DNA from: Eledone cirrhosa
Lineage: Eukaryota
NCBI GenBank assembly: GCA_964016885.1
Contig: OZ024741.1
Location: 48,980,001-49,044,000, forward strand
Length of the DNA: 64,000 bases
Direction of reading: 5' to 3'
The notes beneath the pieces are model-generated. The model saw only the letters and a program-made list of their open reading frames with translations. It ran no database searches and was not told the origin of the DNA. The position numbers and the translations under genes were made by a program. Of the stretch, positions 1 to 13,900 are shown one piece after another (within the stretch, counting starts at the first letter, position 1; the number at the start of each line of letters is the position of its first letter).

Positions 1-1329
1 CTAGATCTATTACTGTGATAATATGGAGTTACACTACCAGTAGTAACTAGTCTTTAATAGATCTATTACTGTGATAATGGGGTGTTACTATACCAGTAGT
101 AACTAGTCTATACTAGATCTATTACTGTGATAACGTGGAGTTACTATACCAGTAGTAACTAGTTTATACTAGATCTATTACTGTGATAATATGGAGTTAC
201 ACTACCAGTAGTAACTAGTCTATACTAGATCTATTACTGTGATAATGGGGAGTTACTATACCAGTAGTAACTAGTCTATAATAGATCTTTTACTGTGATA
301 ATGTGGAGTTACTGTACCAGTAGTAACTAGTCTATACTAGATCTATTACTGCGATAATGTGGAATTGCTATACCAGTAGTAACTAGTCTATACTAGATCT
401 ATTACTGTGATAATGTGGAGTTACTATACCATTAGAAACTAGTCTATACTAGATCTATTACTGTGATAATGTGGAGTTACCATACCATTAGAAACTAGTT
501 TATACTAGATCTATTACTGTGATAATGTGGAATTACACTACCAGTAGTAAACTAGTCTATACTAGATCTATTATTGTGATAATGTGGAGTTACTATACCA
601 GTAGAAACTAGTCTATACTAGATCTATTACTGTGATAATGGGGAGTTACTATACCAGTAGTAACTAGTCTAAACTAGATCTATTACTGTGATAATGTCGA
701 GTTACTGTACCAGTAGAAACTAGTTTATACTAGATCTATTACTGTCATAATGGGGTGTTACTATACCAGTAGTAACTAGTCTATAATAGATCTATTACTG
801 TGATAATGTGGAGTTACTGTACCAGTAGTAACTAGTCTATACTAGATCTATTACTGCGATAACGTGGAGTTACTATACCAGTAGTAACTACTCTATACTA
901 GATCTATTACAGTGATAATGGGGAGTTACTATACCAGTAGTAACTAGTCTATACTAGATCTATTACTGTGATAATGTGGAGTTACTATACCAGTAGTAAC
1001 AAGTCTATACTAGATCTATTACTGTGATAATGTGGAGTTACTATACCAGTAGTAACTAGTCTATAATAGATCTATTACTGTGATAATGGGGTGTTACTAT
1101 ACCAGTAGTAACTAGTCTATACTAGATCTATTACTGTGATAACGTGGAGTTACTATACCAGTAGTAACTAGTTTATACTAGATCTATTACTGTGATAATG
1201 TGGAGTTACTATACCAGTAGAAACTAGTCTATACTAGATCTATTACTGTGATAATGGGGAGTTACTATACCAGTAGTAACTAGTCTAAACTAGATCTATT
1301 ACTGTGATAATGTGGAGTTACTGTACCAG

Positions 1330-4300
1330 TAGTAAATAGTCTATACTAGATCTATTACTGTGATAATGTGGAGTTACTATACCATTAGAAACTAGTTTAT
1401 ACTAGATGTATTACTGCGATAATGTGGAGTTACTGTACCAGTAGTAACTAGTCTATACTAGATCTATTACTGTGATAATGTGGAGTTACTGTACCAGTAG
1501 TAACTAGTCTATACTAGATCTATTACTGTGATAATGTGGAGTTACTATACCAGTAGAAACTAGTTTATACTAGATCTATTACTGTGATAATGTGGAGTTA
1601 CTATACCATTAGAAACTAGTTTATACTAGATCTATTACTCTGATAATGTGGAGTTACACTACCAGTAGTAACTAGTCTATACTAGATCTATTACTGTGAT
1701 AATGTGGAGTTACTATACCAGTAGAAACTAGTCTATCCTAGATCTATTACTGTGATAATGGTGAGATACTATACCAGTAGAAACTAGTCTATACTAGATC
1801 TATTACTGTGATAATGTGGAGTTACTATACCAGTAGAAACTAGTTTATACTAGATCTATTACTGTGATAATGTGGAATTACTATACCAGTAGAAACTAGT
1901 ATATACTACATCTATTACTGTGATAATGTGGAGTTACACTACCAGTAGTATCTAGTCTATAATAGATCTATTACTGTGATAATGGGGAGTTACTATACCA
2001 GTAGTAACAAGTCTATACTAGATCTATTACTGTGATAATGGGGAGTTACTATACTAGTAGTAACTAGTCTATAATAGTTCTATTACTGTGATAATGGGGT
2101 GTTACTATACCAGTAGTAACTAGTCTATACTAGATCTATTACTGTGATAACGTGGAGTTACTATACCAGTAGTAACTAGTTTATACTAGATCTATTACTG
2201 TGATAATATGGAGTTACACTACCAGTAGTAACTAGTCTATACTAGATCTATTACTGTGATAATGGGGAGTTACTATACCAGTAGTAACTAGTCTATAATA
2301 GATCTATTACTGTGATAATGTGGAGTTACTGTACCAGTAGTAACTAGTCTATACTAGATCTATTACTGCGATAATGTGGAATTACTATACCAGTAGTAAC
2401 TAGTCTATACTAGATCTATTACTGTGATAATGTGGAGTTACTATACCATTAGAAACTAGTCTATACTAGAACTATTACTGTGATAATGTGGAGTTACCAT
2501 ACCATTAGAAACTAGTTTATACTAGATCTATTACTGTGATAATGTGGAATTACACTACCAGTAGTAACTAGTCTATACTAGATCTATTATTGTGATAATG
2601 TGGAGTTACTATACCAGTAGAAACTAGTCTATACTAGATCTATTACTGTGATAATGGGGAGTTACTATACCAGTAGTAACTAGTTTATACTAGATCTATT
2701 ACTGTGATAATGTGGAGTTACTATACCAGTAGAAACTAGTCTATGCTAGATCTATTACTGTGATAATGGGGAGTTACTATACCAGTAGTAACTAGTCTAA
2801 ACTAGATCTATTACTGTGATAATGTGGAGTTACTATACCAGTAGAAACTAGTCTATACTAGATCTATTACTGTGATAATGGTGAGTTACTATACCAGTAG
2901 AAACTAGTCTATACTAGATCTATTACTGTGATAATGTGGAGTTACTATACCAGTAGAAACTAGTTTATACTAGATCTATTACTGTCATAATGGGGTGTTA
3001 CTATACCAGTAGTAACTAGTCTATAATAGATCTATTACTGTGATAATGTGGAGTTACTGTACCAGTAGTAACTAGTCTATACTAGATCTATTACTGCGAT
3101 AACGTGGAGTTACTATACCAGTAGTAACTACTCTATACTCGATCTATTACAGTGATAATGGGGAGTTACTATACCAGTAGTAACTAGTCTATACTAGATC
3201 TATTACTGTGATAATGTGGAGTTACTATACCAGTAGTAACAAGTCTATACTAGATCTATTACTGTGATAATGGGGAGTTACTATACCAGTAGTAACTAGT
3301 CTATAATAGATCTATTACTGTGATAATGGGGTGTTACTATACCAGTAGTAACTAGTCTATACTAGATCTATTACTGTGATAACGTGGAGTTACTATACCA
3401 GTAGTAACTAGTTTATACTAGATCTATTACTGTGATAATGTGGAGTTACTATACCAGTAGAAACTAGTCTATACTAGATCTATTACTGTGATAATGGGGA
3501 GTTACTATACCAGTAGTAACTAGTCTAAACTAGATCTATTACTGTGAAAATGTCGAGTTACTGTACCAGTAGTAACTAGTCTATACTAGATCTATTACTG
3601 TGATAATGTGGAGTTACTATACCAGTAGAAACTAGTCTATACTAGATCTATTACTGTGATAATGGGGAGTTACTATACCAGTAGAAACTAGTCTATACTA
3701 GATCTATTGCTGTGATAATGTGGAGTTACTATACCAGTAGAAACTAGTTTATACTAGATCTATTACTGTGATAATGTGGAGTTACTATACCAGTAGAAAC
3801 TAGTCTATACTAGATCTATTACTGTGATTATGTGGAGTTACTATACCAGTAGAAACTAGTTTATACTAGATCTATTACTGTGATAATGTGGAGTTACTAT
3901 ACCAGTAGTAACTAGTCTAAACTAGATCTATTACTGTGATAATGTCGAGTTAATATACCAGTAGAAACTAATCTATACTGGATCTATTACTGTGTTAATG
4001 TGGCGTTACTATACTAGTAGTAACTAGTCTATACTAGATCTATTACTGTGATAATGGGGAGTTACTGTACCAGTAGTAACTAGTCTATACTAGATCTATT
4101 ACTGTGATAATATGGTGTTACACTACCAGTAGTAACTAGTCTATACTAGATCTATTACTGTGATAATGTGGAGTTACTCTACCAGTAGTAACTAGTCTAT
4201 ACTAGATCTATTACTGTGATAATGTGGAGTTACTATACCATTAGAAACTAGTTTATACTAGATGTATTACTGCGATAATGTGGAGTTACTGTACCAGTAG

Positions 4301-6850
4301 TAACTAGTCTATACTAGATCTATTACTGTGATAATGTGGAGTTACTGTACCAGTAGTAACTAGTCTATACTAGATTTATTACTGTGATAATGTGGAGTTA
4401 CTATACCATTAGAAACTAGTTTATACTAGATCTATTACTGTGATAATGTGGAGTTACACTACCAGTAGTAACTAGTCTATACTAGATCTATTACTGTGAT
4501 AATGTGGAGTTACTATACCAGTAGAAACTAGTCTATCCTAGATCTATTACTGTGATAATGGTGAGTTACTATACCAGTAGAAACTAGTCTATACTAGATC
4601 TATTACTGTGATAATGTGGAGTTACTATACCAGTAGAAACTAGTTTATACTAGATCTATTACTGTGATAATGTGGAGTTACTATACCAGTAGAAACTAGT
4701 ATATACTACATCTATTACTGTGATAATGTGGAGTTACACTACCAGTAGTATCTAGTCTATAATAGATCTATTACTGTGATAATGGGGAGTTACTATACCA
4801 GTAGTAACAAGTCTATACTAGATCTATTACTGTGATAATGGGGAGTTACTATACTAGTAGTAACTAGTCTATAATAGTTCTATTACTGTGATAATGGGGT
4901 GTTACTATACCAGTAGTAACTAGTCTATACTAGATCTATTACTGTGATAACGTGGAGTTACTATACCAGTAGTAACTAGTTTATACTAGATCTATTACTG
5001 TGATAATATGGAGTTATACTACCAGTAGTAACTAGTCTATACTAGATCTATTACTGTGATAATGGGGAGTTACTATACCAGTAGTAACTAGTCTATAATA
5101 GATCTATTACTGTGATAATGTGGAGTTACTGTACCAGTAGTAACTAGTCTATACTAGATCTATTACTGCGATAATGTGGAATTACTATACCAGCAGTAAC
5201 TAGTCTATACTAGATCTATTACTGTGATAATGTGGAGTTACTATACCATTAGAAACTAGTCTATACTAGATCTATTACTGTGATAATGTGGAGTTACCAT
5301 ACCATTAGAAACTAGTTTATACTAGATCTATTACTGTGATAATGTGGAATTACACTACCAGTAGTAACTAGTCTATACTAGATCTATTATTGTGATAATG
5401 TGGAGTTACTATACCAGTAGAAACTAGTCTATACTAGATCTATTACTGTGATAATGGGGAGTTACTATACCAGTAGTAACTAGTTTATACTAGATCTATT
5501 ACTGTGATAATGTGGAGTTACTATACCAGTAGAAACTAGTCTATGCTAGATCTATTACTGTGATAATGGGGAGTTACTATACCAGTAGTAACTAGTCTAA
5601 ACTAGATCTATTACTGTGATAATGTGGAGTTACTATAACAGTAGAAACTAGTCTATACTAGATCTATTACTGTGATAATGGTGAGTTACTATACCAGTAG
5701 AAACTAGTCTATACTAGATCTATTACTGTGATAATGTGGAGTTACTATACCAGTAGAAACTAGTTTATACTAGATCTATTACTGTCATAATGGGGTGTTA
5801 CTATACCAGTAGTAACTAGTCTATAATAGATCTATTACTGTGATAATGTGGAGTTACTGTACCAGTAGTAACTAGTCTATACTAGATCTATTACTGCGAT
5901 AACGTGGAGTTACTATACCAGTAGTAACTACTCTATACTAGATCTATTACAGTGATAATGGGGAGTTACTATACCAGTAGTAACTAGTCTATACTAGATC
6001 TATTACTGTGATAATGTGGAGTTACTATACCAGTAGTAACTAGTCTATACTAGATCTATTACTGTGATAACGTGGAGTTACTATACCAGTAGTAACTAGT
6101 TTATACTAGATCTATTACTGTGATAATGTGGAGTTACTATACCAGTAGAAACTAGTCTATACTAGATCTATTACTGTGATAATGGGGAGTTACTATACCA
6201 GTAGTAACTAGTCTAAACTAGATCTATTACTGTGAAAATGTCGAGTTACTGTACCAGTAGTAACTAGTCTATACTAGATCTATTACTGTGATAATGTGGA
6301 GTTACTATACCAGTAGAAACTAGTCTATACTAGATCTATTACTGTGATAATGGGGAGTTACTATACCAGTAGAAACTAGTCTATACTAGATCTATTGCTG
6401 TGATAATGTGGAGTTACTATACCAGTAGAAACTAGTTTATACTAGATCTATTACTGTGATAATGTGGAGTTACTATACCAGTAGAAACTAGTCTATACTA
6501 GATCTATTACTGTGATTATGTGGAGTTACTATACCAGTAGAAACTAGTTTATACTAGATCTATTACTGTGATAATGTGGAGTTACTATACCAGTAGTAAC
6601 TAGTCTAAACTAGATCTATTACTGTGATAATGTCGAGTTAATATACCAGTAGAAACTAATCTATACTGGATCTATTACTGTGTTAATGTGGCGTTACTAT
6701 ACTAGTAGTAACTAGTCTATACTAGATCTATTACTGTGATAATGGGGAGTTACTGTACCAGTAGTAACTAGTCTATACTAGATCTATTACTGTGATAATA
6801 TGGTGTTACACTACCAGTAGTAACTAGTCTATACTAGATCTATTACTGTG
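1330..6850. repeat. Higher-order tandem duplication of about 50 monomers (2,800 bp; offset drifts 51 to 50 to 48 units)
   Basis: Rare variants are paired at +2800: gtctatccta 1731/4531, atatactaca 1901/4701, ataatagttc 2071/4871, taactactct ~3131/5931. gatgta 1405/4261 is +2856 and aaactaatct ~3971/6659 is +2688. Confidence 0.85.
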
Positions 6851-7249
6851 ATAATGGGGAGTTACTATACCAGTAGTAACTAGTCTATAATAGATCTATT
6901 ACTGTGATAATGTGGAGTTACTGTACCAGTAGTAACTAGTCTATACTAGATCTATTACTGCGATAATGTGGAGTTACTATACCAGTAGTAACTAGTCTAT
7001 ACTAGATCTATTACTGTTATAATGTGGAGTTACTGTACCAGTGGTAACTAGTCTATACTAGATCTATTACTGTGATAATGTGGAGTTACTGTACCAGTAG
7101 TAACTAGTCTATACTAGATCTATTACTGCGATAACGTGGAGTTACTATACCAGTAGTAACTACTCTATACTAGATCTATTACAGTGATAATGGGGAGTTA
7201 CTATACCAGTAGTAACTAGTCTATACTAGATCTATTACTGTGATAATGT

Positions 7250-8670
7250 GGAGTTACTATACTAGTAGAAACTAGTTTATACTAGATCTATTACTGTGAT
7301 AATGTGGAGTTACACTACCAGTAGTAACTAGTCTATACTAGATCTATTAATGTGATAATGGGGAGTTACTATACCAGTAGTAACAAGACTATACTAGATC
7401 TATTACTGTGATAATGGGGAGTTACTATACCAGTAGTAACTAGTCTATAATAGATCTATTACTGTGATAATGGGGTGTTACTATACCAGTAGTAACTAGT
7501 CTATACTAGATCTATTACTGTGATAACGTGGAGTTACTATACCAGTAGTAACTAGTTTATACTAGATCTATTACTGTGATAATGTGGAGTTACTATACCA
7601 GTAGAATCTAGTCTATACTAGATCTATTACTGTGATAATGGGGAGTTACTATACCAGTAGTAACTAGTCTAAACTAGATCTATTACTGTGAAAATGTCGA
7701 GTTACTGTACCAGTAGTAACTAGTCTAAACTAGATCCATTACTGTGATAATGTCGAGTTAATATACCAGTAGAAACTAGTCTATACTAGATCTATTACTG
7801 TGTTAATGTGGCGTTACTATACTAGTAGTAACTAGTCTATACTAGATCTATTACTGTGATAATGGGGTGTTACTATACCAGTAGTAACTAGTCTATACTA
7901 GATCTATTGCTGTGATAATGTGGAGTTACTATACCAGTAGAAACTAGTTTATACTAGATCTATTACTGTGATAATGTGGAGTTACTATACCAGTAGAAAC
8001 TAGTCTATACTAGATCTATTACTGTGATAATGTGGAGTTACTATACCAGTAGAAACTAGTTTATACTAGATCTATTACTGTGATAATGTGGAGTTACACT
8101 ACCAGTAGTAACTAGTCTATACTAGATCTATTAATGTGATAATGGGGAGTTACTATACCAGTAATAACAAGTCTATACTAGATCTATTACTGTGATAATG
8201 GGGAGTTACTATACCAGTAGTAACTAGTCTATAATAGATCTATTACTGTGATAATGGGGTGTTACTATACCAGTAGTAACTAGTCTATACTAGATTTATT
8301 ACTGTGATAACGTGGAGTTACTATACCAGTAGTAACTAGTTTATACTAGATCTATTACTGTGATAATGTGGAGTTACTATACCAGTAGAATCTAGTCTAT
8401 ACTAGATCTATTACTGTGATAATGGGGAGTTACTATACCAGTAGTAACTAGTCTAAACTAGATCTATTACTGTGAAAATGTCGAGTTACTGTACCAGTAG
8501 TAACTAGTCTAAACTAGATCTATTACTGTGATAATGTCGAGTTAATATACCAGTAGAAACTAGTCTATACTAGATCTATTACTGTGTTAATGTGGCGTTA
8601 CTATACTAGTAGTAACTAGTCTATACTAGATCTATTACTGTGATAATGGGGTGTTACTATACCAGTAGAA
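7250..8670. repeat. Tandem duplication with a 14-monomer (784 bp) offset
   Basis: ttaatgtgat at 7347/8131 and agaatctag at 7603/8387, both +784. Confidence 0.8.
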
Positions 8671-10999
8671 ACTAGTTTATACTAGATCTATTACTGTGAT
8701 AATGTGGAGTTACTATACCAGTAGAAACTAGTCTATACTAGATCTATTACTGTGATAATGTGGAGTTACTATACCAGTAGAAACTAGTTTATACTAGATC
8801 TATTACTGTGATAATGTGGAGTTACTATACCAGTAGTAACTAGTCTAAACTAGATCTATTACTGTGATAATGTCGAGTTAATATACCAGTAGAAACTAGT
8901 CTATACTGGATCTATTACTGTGTAAATGTGGCGTTACTATACTAGTAGTAACTAGTCTATACTAGATCTATTACTGTGATAATGGGGAGTTACTGTACCA
9001 GTAGTAACTAGTCTATACTAGATCTATTACTGTGATAATATGGTGTTACACTACCAGTAGTAACTAGTCTATACTAGATCTATTACTGTGATAATGGGGA
9101 GTTACTATACCAGTAGTAACTAGTCTATAATAGATCTATTACTGTGATAATGTGGAGTTACTGTACCAGTAGTAACGAGTCTATACTAGATCTATTACTG
9201 CGGTAATGTGGAGTTACTATACCAGTAGTAACTAGTCTATACTAGATCTATTACTGTTATAATGTGGAGTTACTGTACCAGTGGTAACTAGTCTATACTA
9301 GATCTATTACTGTGATAATGTGGAGTTACTGTACCAGTAGTAACTAGTCTATACTAGATCTATTACTGTGATAATGTGGAGTTACTATACCATTAGAAAC
9401 TAGTTTATACTAGATCTATTACTGTGACAATGTGGAGTTACACCACCAGTAGTAACTAGTCTATACTACATCTATTACTGTGATAATGGGGAGTTACTAT
9501 ACCAGTAGAAACTAGTCTATACTAGATCTATTACTGTGATAATGTGGAGTTACTATACCAGTAGAAACTAGTTTATACTAGATCTATTACTGTGATAATG
9601 GGGAGTTACTATACCAGTAGTAACTAGTTTATACTAGATCTATTACTGTGATAATGTGGAGTTACTATACCAGTAGAAACTAGTTTATACTAGATCTATT
9701 ACTGTGATAATGTGGAGTTACACTACCAGTAGTAACTAGTTTATACTAGATCTAATACTGTGATAATGTGGAGTTACTATACCAGTAGAAACTAGTCTAT
9801 ACTAGATCTATTACTGTGATAATGGGGAGTTACTATACCAGTAGTAACTAGTCTAAACTAGATCTATTACTGTGATAACGTTGAGTTACTGTACCAGTAG
9901 TAACTAGTCTATACTAGATCTATTACTGTGATAATGGAGAGTTACTATACCAGTAGAAACTAGTCTATACTAGATCTATTACTGTGATAATGGGGAGTTA
10001 CTATACCAGTAGAAACTAGTCTAAACTAGATCTATTGCTGTGATAATGTGGAGTTACTATACCAGTAGAAACTAGTTTATACTAGATCTATTACTGTGAT
10101 AATGTGGAGTTACTATACCAGTAGAAACTAGTCTATACTAGATCTATTACTGTGATAATGTGGAGTTACAATACCAGTAGAAACTAGTTTATACTAGATC
10201 TATTACTGTGATAATGTGGAGTTACTATACCAGTAGTAACTAGTCTAAACTAGATCTATTACTGTGATAATGTCGAGTTAATATACCAGTAGAAACTAGT
10301 CTATACTGGATCTATTACTGTGTTAATGTGGCGTTACTATACTATTAGTAACTAGTCTATACTAGATCTATTACTGTGATAATGGGGAGTTACTGTACCA
10401 GTAGTAACTAGTCTATACTAGATCTAATACTGTGATAATATGGTGTTACACTACCAGTAGTAACTTGTCTATACTAGATCTATTACTGTGATAATGGGGA
10501 GTTACTATACCAGTAGTAACTAGTCTATACTAGATTTATTACTGTGATAATGTGGAGTTACTATACCATTAGAAACTAGTTTATACTAGATCTATTACTG
10601 TTATAATGTGGAGTTACTGTACCAGTGGTAACTAGTCTATACTAGATCTAGTACTGTGATAATGTGGAGTTACTGTACCAGTAGTAACTAGTCTATACTA
10701 GATCTATTACTGTGATAATGTGGAGTTACTATACCATTAGAAACTAGTTTATAATAGATCTATTACTGCGATAATATGGAGTTACTGTACCAGTAGTAAC
10801 TAGTCTATACTAGATCTATTACTGTGATAATGTGGAGTTACTGTACCAGTAGTAACTAGTCTATACTAGATCTATTACTGTGATAATGTGGAGTTACTAT
10901 ACCATTAGAAACTAGTTTATACTAGATCTATTACTGTGATAATGTGGAGTTACACTACCAGTAGTAACTAGTCTATACTAGATCTATTACTGTGATAAT

Positions 11000-13900
11000 G
11001 GGGAGTTACTATACCAGTAGAAACTAGTCTATACTAGATCTATTGCTGTGATAATGTGGAGTTACTATACCAGTAGAAACTAGTTTATACTAGATCTATT
11101 ACTGTGATAATGTGGAGTTACTATACCAGTAGAAACTAGTCTATACTAGATCTATTACTGTGATAATGTGGAGTTACTATACCAGTAGAAACTAGTTTAT
11201 ACTAGATCTATTACTGTGATAATGTGGAGTTACTATACCAGTAGTAACTAGTCTAAACTAGATCTATTACTGTGATAATGTCGAGTTAATATACCAGTAG
11301 AAACTAGTCTATACTGGATCTATTACTGTGTTAATGTGGCGTTACTATACTAGTAGTAACTAGTCTATACTAGATCTATTACTGTGATAATGGGGAGTTA
11401 CTGTACCAGTAGTAACTAGTCTATACTAGATCTATTACTGTGATAATATGGTGTTACACTACCAGTAGTAACTAGTCTATACTAGATCTATTACTGTGAT
11501 AATGGGGAGTTACTATACCAGTAGTAACTAGTCTATAATAGATCTATTACTGTGATAATGTGGAGTTACTGTACCAGTAGTAACTAGTCTATACTAGATC
11601 TATTACTGCGATAATGTGGAGTTACTATACCAGTAGTAACTAGTCTATACTAGATCTATTACTGTTATAATGTGGAGTTACTGTTCCAGTGGTAACTAGT
11701 CTATACTAGATCTATTACTGTGATAATGTGGAGTTACTGTACCAGTAGTAACTAGTTTATACTAGATCTATTACTGTGATAATGTGGAGTTACTATACCA
11801 TTAGAAACTAGTTTATACTAGATCTATTACTGTGATAATGTGGAGTTACACTACCAGTAGTAACTAGTCTATACTACATCTATTACTGTGATAATGGGGA
11901 GTTACTATACCAGTAGAAACTAGTCTATACTAGATCTATTACTGTGATAATGTGGAGTTACTATACCAGTAGAAACTAGTTTATACTAGATCTATTACTG
12001 TGATAATGGGGAGTTACTATACCAGTAGTAACTAGTTTATACTAGATCTATTACTGTGATAATGTGGAGTTACTATACCAGTAGAAACTAGTTTATACTA
12101 GATCTATTACTGTGATAATGTGGAGTTACACTACCAGTAGTAACTAGTTTATACTAGATCTAATACTGTGATAATGTGGAGTTACTATACCAGTAGAAAC
12201 GAGTCTATACTAGATCTATTACTGTGATAATGGGGAGTTACTATACCAGTAGTAACTAGTCTAAAGTAGATCTATTACTGTGATAACGTTGAGTTACTGT
12301 ACCAGTAGTAACTAGTCTATACTAGATCTATTACTGTGATAATGTGGAGTTACTATACCAGTAGAAACTAGTCTATACTAGATCTATTACTGTGATAATG
12401 GGGAGTTACTATACCAGTAGAAACTAGTCTATACTAGATCTATTGCTGTGATAATGTGGAGTTACTATACCAGTAGAAACTAGTTTATACTAGATCTATT
12501 ACTGTGATAATGTGGAGTTACTATACCAGTAGAAACTAGTCTATACTAGATCTATTACTGTGATAATGTGGAGTTACTATACCAGTAGAAACTAGTTTAT
12601 ACTAGATCTATTACTGTGATAATGTGGAGTTACTATATCAGTAGTAACTAGTCTAAACTAGATCTATTACTGTGATAATGTCGAGTTAATATACCAGTAG
12701 AAACTAGTCTATACTGGATCTATTACTGTGTTAATGTGGCGTTACTATACTAGTAGTAACTAGTCTATACTAGATCTATTACTGTGATAATGGGGAGTTA
12801 CTGTACCAGTAGTAACTAGTCTATACTAGATCTATTACTGTGATAATATGGTGTTACACTACCAGTAGTAACTAGTCTATACTAGATCTATTACTGTGAT
12901 AATGGGGAGTTACTATACCAGTAGTAACTAGTCTATAATAGATCTATTACTGTGATAATGTGGAGTTACTGTACCAGTAGTAACTAGTCTATACTAGATC
13001 TATTACTGCGATAATGTGGAGTTACTATACCAGTAGTAACTAGTCTATACTAGATCTATTACTGTTATAATGTGGAGTTACTGTACCAGTGGTAACTAGT
13101 CTATACTAGATCTATTACTGTGATAATGGGGAGTTACTGTACCAGTAGTAACTAGTCTATACTAGATCTATTACTGTGATAATGTGGAGTTACTATACCA
13201 TTAGAAACTAGTTTATACTAGATCTATTACTGTGATAATGTGGAGTTACACTACCAGTAGTAACTAGTCTATACTACATCTATTACTGTGATAATGGGGA
13301 GTTACTATACCAGTAGAAACTAGTCTATACTAGATCTATTACTGTGATAATGTGGAGTTACTATACCAGTAGAAACTAGTTTATACTAGATCTATTACTG
13401 TGATAATGGGGAGTTACTATACCAGTAGTAACTAGTTTATACTAGATCTATTACTGTGATAATGTGGAGTTACTATACCAGTAGAAACTAGTTTATACTA
13501 GATCTATTACTGTGATAATGTGGAGTTACACTACCAGTAGTAACTAGTTTATACTAGATCTAATACTGTGATAATGTGGAGTTACTATACCAGTAGAAAC
13601 GAGTCTATACTAGATCTATTACTGTGATAATGGGGAGTTACTATACCAGTAGTAACTAGTCTAAAGTAGATCTATTACTGTGATAACGTTGAGTTACTGT
13701 ACCAGTAGTAACTAGTCTATACTAGATCTATTACTGTGATAATGTGGAGTTACTATACCAGTAGAAACTAGTCTATACTAGATCTATTACTGTGATAATG
13801 GGGAGTTACTATACCAGTAGAAACTAGTCTATACTAGATCTATTGCTGTGATAATGTGGAGTTACTATACCAGTAGAAACTAGTTTATACTAGATCTATT

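Noticed and set aside
83-104. Rho-independent terminator, tRNA or other ncRNA gene from the 8-bp hairpin
   Set aside because: The stem is AT-rich with no U-tract, there is no upstream gene or cloverleaf, and there is no evidence of transcription.
5790-12630. Long minus-strand open frame if TAA/TAG are reassigned (e.g. ciliate code), because the consensus minus strand has no TGA
   Set aside because: Absence of one trinucleotide from a 56-mer is unremarkable. Whole-monomer gains and losses that are not multiples of three, and 1-bp indels, shift frame freely. TGA-creating variants (TCA on +) are amplified elsewhere in the array.
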